Source: Candidatus Falkowbacteria bacterium
GTDB lineage: Bacteria > Patescibacteriota > Patescibacteriia > Patescibacteriales > GWE2-39-37
Direction: 5' to 3'
DNA length: 58,268 nucleotides
Assembly: GCA_013336275.1 (NCBI GenBank)
Contig: JAAXUA010000002.1
Location: 193,904 to 252,171, forward strand
Made by a program: the position numbers and the translations under genes. The notes beneath the pieces are model-generated. The model did no database searches. It saw only the letters and a list, made by a program, of their open reading frames with translations, and was not told where the DNA came from. Positions 53,153-58,268 of this stretch are shown one piece after another. The first letter of the stretch is position 1. Every line of letters begins with the position of its first letter.

Positions 53153-56100
53153 ATGATCAGAATATTTTACTGGCTCCAAAGCAAAGTCCAGGGAATCGAA
53201 TTTAAGTTAGCCCAAAAGCTCGAGCAGCGGCTGAATCAGCCCTATGCTTCGAGCATTTTTTATTTCGGCATTATCAGCTTGAATGTCTACTTGGTATTCT
53301 GGCAGGTGGTGACCGACCTGTTTAAATTTTTTATCGTACTTTTGGACGACCCCGGAGATTCATTTAATCTTTTTTTTCGTCAGAGGGAACTCAGAAGTTG
53401 TCCATTTTCCTATGCGTCCTACAAGAAGGTTCGGGGTAGAGTTAGGCTATTCTCGGCAGCTGGCGTAACCGCAATCGTAATCGTGTCGGTAACAACTTCG
53501 TTGGTTACAAACCTTCTTTTTGGTGGAAAGTTGCCGACTTGGGCAGCAACAAAAAGTTTCGCGCAATCTAGCTGGTTGGGCGGCCAAGATTCTGCTACTA
53601 CGTCAGCTGAATCGCTGGGATGGTCAAAATATTTTTCGGCATCCTCCTCTATCCGCTTTTTAGCCGGTGGAGGAATCTCTTTGAATTCTGTTTTAAATTC
53701 AATTTTTCAGAACACGGACGAAAATACTAATGACGGCTTTAATCTAATCGGCCGCTCTACTTCTTCAACGGTGATACTGGGCGCTGGCACTGGCGCTTCT
53801 GTCAAACTTGATTATTCGGGTACAGGGTTGATTGGTGGGCATCATTTTAATAATGACGGCGCCGATTTTAGCGGTAATAATAACAACCTTGCTATTACCA
53901 ATAATGCAGCCTCAGTCGAACGGGTGACGAACGGAGGTTTTGAGGTTAATACTAACGGTTGGACAATAAATAAAGGCAGCAACTTTACAGCCGTTGACAC
54001 CACACATCAATGCGGTATAAAGGGCTTGACTGTCATGATAAGTGCTGCAGGAACTACTATAACGATTCAGCAGACTGTAAATTTAACCAACCCAGGGGTT
54101 CTAACCTACGCTTTGACCGCTCCCGGTCCGTATTCAACGTTGTCGGTTCAAGTAAATGGCACTCCTACAACTGCTGTTCCAGCGGGCACAAGCACCATAT
54201 CTTTTATCTTTGGAGCCAGTGGCGGCTGGACTGGTGTAAATACGGCCAATAATCTGGATTGCGTAAGTATTATGGATCAACCGTCGGCCTATACGTCTAG
54301 TGCAAAGTATTCGCAGGCCTTAAACTCTGTGTCTGGGCAATATGGCTCATATGCAAATCCAGTAACTACCGGCGCCAATTGGACCATGGCCAGTTTTGTA
54401 AATTTTCCCCTTACTTCGACTGGCTTAGGTTCTTATAATGTATTGAGTCAAAGCACCTCATCGCCATCCGATTACCAGGTTTTGGTGCAGAAAAGCAATG
54501 GACATCTTGGCACTATGATTGGCGGGGTGTTTAGGGACGCCTCTTTTGATGTAACGCCTTTAAGTGGGTGGCATCATCTGGCGGCAGTTGGTAGTGGCGC
54601 CAGCACTCAATTTTACATTGATGGATTCCTGGTCGGTACGGCCGCTGGTAAAAGTACGGCAGACATAAAATATATTGGCAATGATTCCGCTGGTAATCAA
54701 CCCTGGGGTGGAGTAGATGACTTCATGATTTTTAACCGTGTATTGTCGACTGGAGAGCTTCTAAATATTGCCAATTCGTCAGGCGAGTATTTAAGAGCGA
54801 GCTATGTTTTGAATGCAACCACCACTGACAATACATCCAACATCACCTCTTTGAATCAGCAGGGCGGCTGGGGTTACGGCGCTACGTCCTCAACTATGCT
54901 CAATGGCCTGTCTGGAACAAGTTCTAGCGTTCAATTGGCGGCGACTGTCAACGGCGGAACCGGTGCGGAAGGCGCTTATAATTGTCCTTCTGGAACATGT
55001 TCAATTGCTTCCGGGACGCATAACTATACGACTTTCACTATTGCGGCTGGGGCAACAACCACGGTTACCGGTACGGGGGGTGTAACTATAAATACAACGG
55101 GGGCAGTAACGGTTGATGGCGTACTTTCTCTGAGTGGCAATATCGGCGGTCGAGGAACTGGCGGTACTGCCGGTAGCGGCGGCGGTAATGGCCGCGCCGG
55201 AGCTGCCGGCAACAATGGAACTAGCGGTGTGGCAAGCGGGGGAACGGGAGGCGAAGGGCAGGGCTGGCCTGCTGGAGGTGCTGGCGGAAACGGTGGCAAC
55301 TACGGCGGTGGCGGTGGCGGTGGCAGTGATAGCAATATTTACGCTGGTGGCAGCTATGGTGGCGGTGGCGGTGGCGGTTCTGCATATTCTGGCGCCTCTG
55401 ATGGCGGTGGCGGTGGCGGTGGCATCTTATTTTTAAATGGCGCAACGCAAATAAATATCGGCTCCGCAGGACGCATTATCGCTAATGGAGGTCCTGGTTA
55501 TGGCATCGGAATGTTTGGCGGTGGCGGTGGCGGTGGCGGCAATATTACTCTGAAGACTTTGATTATAAATAATTCCGGTTTAATAAGTGCCGTTGGCGGG
55601 AACGGTGGACCGGGAAGCGGCAATGGAAATGGCGGACAAGCCGGTGGTGGTGGTGGTGGAAATATTACAATTAAAACCGCGTCCGGAGCCGCGGTCTCAG
55701 GCGTCAGTGTTAATGGTGGAACTGGGTTTAATTCCGGAACTCCAGGAACGACCAATTTTGGCAGTTTGCCTTACGCACCCTCGGGCACATTCATTTCTTA
55801 TATAGATGGCGGCAGCGGCGTTGTTTGGAATTGGAACAGTTTTTCTTATTCCGAGACAGCAGCCAACGCTTCGAATATAAGCTTTAAGGTGATAGGAAAA
55901 AATACTCTCGGCACACCAAGCGCCGGAGAATTTGATGCAAGTCCATGCGGTGCCGACAACACGACTTCGGGTGGCAGTGTAGCATTGACCGCATTCTGTG
56001 CGCCGACCGATGCCAGATATTTGTATTACAGAGCAACATTGAATTCTTCGGCAGATCTTCTGACAACCCCGACGCTAGATAGTGTCAGCGCTAATGCTGT

Positions 56101-58267
56101 AGTCTATAATTATGCGAATTATGGTACATATACATCAGGAATCATTGATACGGGCGCCCCGGTTTCTGCTTGGGATAATTTAAGTTGGGTCAAGACTGGT
56201 GGTCAGTCCGTGTCATTTAAAATCAGAAGCAGCAACTCAAGCAGCACCATTGGCGCTGCCTCTTGGGGAACTGCTACTTCGACTAGCGGGGCACCTTTAG
56301 TCTCCCTGGGTGCGCAGAACGGCCATAGGTTTATCCAGTATCAGGCCATGCTTTCAACTTCAAATTCTACTTCTACCCCTTCTCTCGATAATGTCACCAT
56401 CGGTTATAACGCATTCCCTTCGTCAGCAGAGCTTATTTCCAGTCCGATTGACTCAGGTAGTTTCGCTAACATGATCGGTAAATTAGATTGGGTAGAGAGT
56501 GCCACTTCAACCACCGAGCAGATTAAGTTTCAAATTCGGACGGCTACAAGTACTGATGGTAATCCTGACGTCTGGTCTGCTTGGTGCGGATATGATGATA
56601 GTGGAGCTGGTTGTTCCGGTGTTAATTACTTCCTTTCAAGCCACAACAATCTGACCATTCCCGTCGGCAATCCTATGAATGACGGGTCCGGTGATCAATG
56701 GTTCCAGTATCGAGTTATTTTAGAGTCGGCGGGAGCCATTGCTCCTGTTCTGTCCAGCATCAACCTGACTTATGTGGCAAATGAACCGCCAATAGTTTCA
56801 AGTGTTACAGCCCAACAGGTGACGTCATCAACTGACCCTAGCTATGGTAACGTGGTGATAAATTACAGTGTTCAAGATATTGATTCCGGAACGGGTTTGA
56901 TCACCCCTTCATATGAATATTTCGATGGCTCAAGTTGGGCTCCTATTACTTTGGGTCTATCTTCCGGTGCAACCTCTGCCACAACAACTTCAACCAGCAC
57001 CCCAATTGTGCATCAAGTTTTGTGGAATGCATCTCAGCAAGTGCAAATCGAAAGAATAGCAAATGCCAAAATCAGGGTTATTGCTAACGATGGCGAGGCG
57101 GCGAGATTTTCCAGTTCCGCAGTATCGTCTGATTATATTCTTGACACCACAGCGCCCTCAATCACTGGTAACCCGACAATAGTTATAATTACTCCGCTTG
57201 TCGCAAACGTCGCCACAGCACAGATCGGCTTTTCCGCATCAGATCTCTCCTCGATCCAGGTACGCTATGCTACCACCACGTCTGCTTTCTCCAACTTCTC
57301 TAACGCTGATCCATCGGGCTGGCAAGACTACGCTAACTCCACAAATTTTAGCGTCTCCAATGATCCGACTACCATCCATGTCCAATATCGCGACGCCTAC
57401 AATAACCACTCGGCTACTACGAGCGCCACTAGCGCCGAGACCCCTCAGAGCTTCATGATTCAGGACACTACTAATTTGAAGGATGGCCTCACAGACTATC
57501 GTTTGTTTTTCGCTTGGAAGGAAGTCAACCTCCACCAGCCTTCAGGCGATTTCGCTGCCTACGACATCTATCGGTCGACCAATGACGGCCAGACTTTCGA
57601 TTTTCTTTACTCAAGCCCTAGTTCGACCGTCAACTACTTCACCGACAACAATGCCCCCTATTCAAATGCCACTTACTATTATGTCTTAACCCGTGATCTC
57701 AACGGCAATACCTCCTTTCAATCTCCGGTAGTTAAGGCTCAAGCCGATGGCATTATGAATTTCGGCGAAGGTGGCGGTGGTGCCATCCCTGGCGCCTCAG
57801 ATATGCCACCAACTATAGACCAGTCAACCATAGGCACTAGCTCCATCTACACCACTCAGGCCACCATCGCCTGGGAGACCAACCTCCCCTCCGATTCGTT
57901 GGTTTACTATCAGACGACCACTGGTTGCGACTTTTCTGGTGCCATTGCCGCCGGTTCGGCCAGTATGCGATCCGAACCGAGCACCCTGGGCGTTCACACT
58001 GTGACCCTGTCCGGTCTAGATTCTGATACCACCTACTACTTCCAAGTTCGCTCTACCGGCCCGACCGGTTTGACGGCCACTTCGACCTGCGTTGGAGACG
58101 GCTACTCCTTCACCACCCAAGCCGGTCCAGCCATCATCCCCGGTTCGGTCTCGACCGCCAACGTGGGCAACACCACCATCGACATCGCCTGGGACACCGA
58201 CCAGGCGGCCGACTCCTACGTCGTCTTCTCTACGAGCTCCGACATGTCCAACTCGGTCGAGCTCGGC
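53153..58267 (+). CDS. Second giant surface adhesin, >1705 aa, runs off the window end (LamG/ConA, Gly-rich, Ig and FN3 domains); not in the ORF track
   Basis: I translated frame +2 from ATG 53153 to the window end with no stop. It contains VTNGGFEVNTNGW (CBM-like), GWHHLAAV..TQFYIDG..VDDFMIFNRVLS (LamG), a poly-Gly domain, YQA/QYR-type Ig repeats and IAWETNLPSDS FN3 domains. Confidence 0.9.
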   Translation, partial: MIRIFYWLQSKVQGIEFKLAQKLEQRLNQPYASSIFYFGIISLNVYLVFWQVVTDLFKFFIVLLDDPGDSFNLFFRQRELRSCPFSYASYKKVRGRVRLFSAAGVTAIVIVSVTTSLVTNLLFGGKLPTWAATKSFAQSSWLGGQDSATTSAESLGWSKYFSASSSIRFLAGGGISLNSVLNSIFQNTDENTNDGFNLIGRSTSSTVILGAGTGASVKLDYSGTGLIGGHHFNNDGADFSGNNNNLAITNNAASVERVTNGGFEVNTNGWTINKGSNFTAVDTTHQCGIKGLTVMISAAGTTITIQQTVNLTNPGVLTYALTAPGPYSTLSVQVNGTPTTAVPAGTSTISFIFGASGGWTGVNTANNLDCVSIMDQPSAYTSSAKYSQALNSVSGQYGSYANPVTTGANWTMASFVNFPLTSTGLGSYNVLSQSTSSPSDYQVLVQKSNGHLGTMIGGVFRDASFDVTPLSGWHHLAAVGSGASTQFYIDGFLVGTAAGKSTADIKYIGNDSAGNQPWGGVDDFMIFNRVLSTGELLNIANSSGEYLRASYVLNATTTDNTSNITSLNQQGGWGYGATSSTMLNGLSGTSSSVQLAATVNGGTGAEGAYNCPSGTCSIASGTHNYTTFTIAAGATTTVTGTGGVTINTTGAVTVDGVLSLSGNIGGRGTGGTAGSGGGNGRAGAAGNNGTSGVASGGTGGEGQGWPAGGAGGNGGNYGGGGGGGSDSNIYAGGSYGGGGGGGSAYSGASDGGGGGGGILFLNGATQINIGSAGRIIANGGPGYGIGMFGGGGGGGGNITLKTLIINNSGLISAVGGNGGPGSGNGNGGQAGGGGGGNITIKTASGAAVSGVSVNGGTGFNSGTPGTTNFGSLPYAPSGTFISYIDGGSGVVWNWNSFSYSETAANASNISFKVIGKNTLGTPSAGEFDASPCGADNTTSGGSVALTAFCAPTDARYLYYRATLNSSADLLTTPTLDSVSANAVVYNYANYGTYTSGIIDTGAPVSAWDNLSWVKTGGQSVSFKIRSSNSSSTIGAASWGTATSTSGAPLVSLGAQNGHRFIQYQAMLSTSNSTSTPSLDNVTIGYNAFPSSAELISSPIDSGSFANMIGKLDWVESATSTTEQIKFQIRTATSTDGNPDVWSAWCGYDDSGAGCSGVNYFLSSHNNLTIPVGNPMNDGSGDQWFQYRVILESAGAIAPVLSSINLTYVANEPPIVSSVTAQQVTSSTDPSYGNVVINYSVQDIDSGTGLITPSYEYFDGSSWAPITLGLSSGATSATTTSTSTPIVHQVLWNASQQVQIERIANAKIRVIANDGEAARFSSSAVSSDYILDTTAPSITGNPTIVIITPLVANVATAQIGFSASDLSSIQVRYATTTSAFSNFSNADPSGWQDYANSTNFSVSNDPTTIHVQYRDAYNNHSATTSATSAETPQSFMIQDTTNLKDGLTDYRLFFAWKEVNLHQPSGDFAAYDIYRSTNDGQTFDFLYSSPSSTVNYFTDNNAPYSNATYYYVLTRDLNGNTSFQSPVVKAQADGIMNFGEGGGGAIPGASDMPPTIDQSTIGTSSIYTTQATIAWETNLPSDSLVYYQTTTGCDFSGAIAAGSASMRSEPSTLGVHTVTLSGLDSDTTYYFQVRSTGPTGLTATSTCVGDGYSFTTQAGPAIIPGSVSTANVGNTTIDIAWDTDQAADSYVVFSTSSDMSNSVELG
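55141..55720 (+). repeat. Coding glycine-rich repeats (GGC GGT)n
   Basis: Runs such as GGCGGTGGCGGTGGCGG encode G6-G7 tracts separated by beta-strand motifs. Confidence 0.85.
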
Positions 58268-58268
58268 A

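Noticed and set aside
54010-57689. Small track ORFs in 54-57.7 kb
   Set aside because: All lie within the single long frame +2 ORF starting at 53153.

Overview
This window looks like a fragment of a Patescibacteria/CPR (Parcubacteria-like) genome. That assignment is an inference from gene content, the short TruB, the largely SD-less starts and the giant secreted proteins. The genetic code is standard (TGA is used as a stop). About 1-35.5 kb is an all-plus-strand cell-surface assembly locus. It encodes four membrane-tethered DUF916/WxL-interacting-like (PapD-like) Ig proteins, two dockerin-tailed secreted proteins, three membrane-anchored cohesin proteins, and a 4410-aa repeat adhesin whose C-terminal ~520 aa is a Cys-for-Cys paralog of a stand-alone 577-aa secreted protein. 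It also encodes an FN3 protein with a MacB-type ABC transporter, Hsp20, a non-catalytic FGE/CLec protein and a degenerate methyltransferase. My best hypothesis is an undescribed donor-strand-type surface fibre (577-aa shaft, giant tip adhesin) tethered to the membrane through dockerin-cohesin anchors; this is inference and needs structure prediction. About 35.6-53 kb is mixed housekeeping and accessory genes: GT4, hydrolase, DedA, BaiN-like flavoprotein, pseudouridine synthases, Psp/Lia proteins, an LRR lipoprotein, a CsoR-family repressor-trxA-gdhA operon with a clear operator, a GC-rich purE-purC pair, a putative heme-b protein with a cupredoxin, rlmH, typA and a nitronate monooxygenase. From 53153 to the window end is a second giant adhesin ORF (>1705 aa) that is absent from the supplied ORF track. 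I found no rRNA, tRNA, CRISPR array, reverse transcriptase or transposase. All domain calls are from motif recognition by eye, not from database searches.
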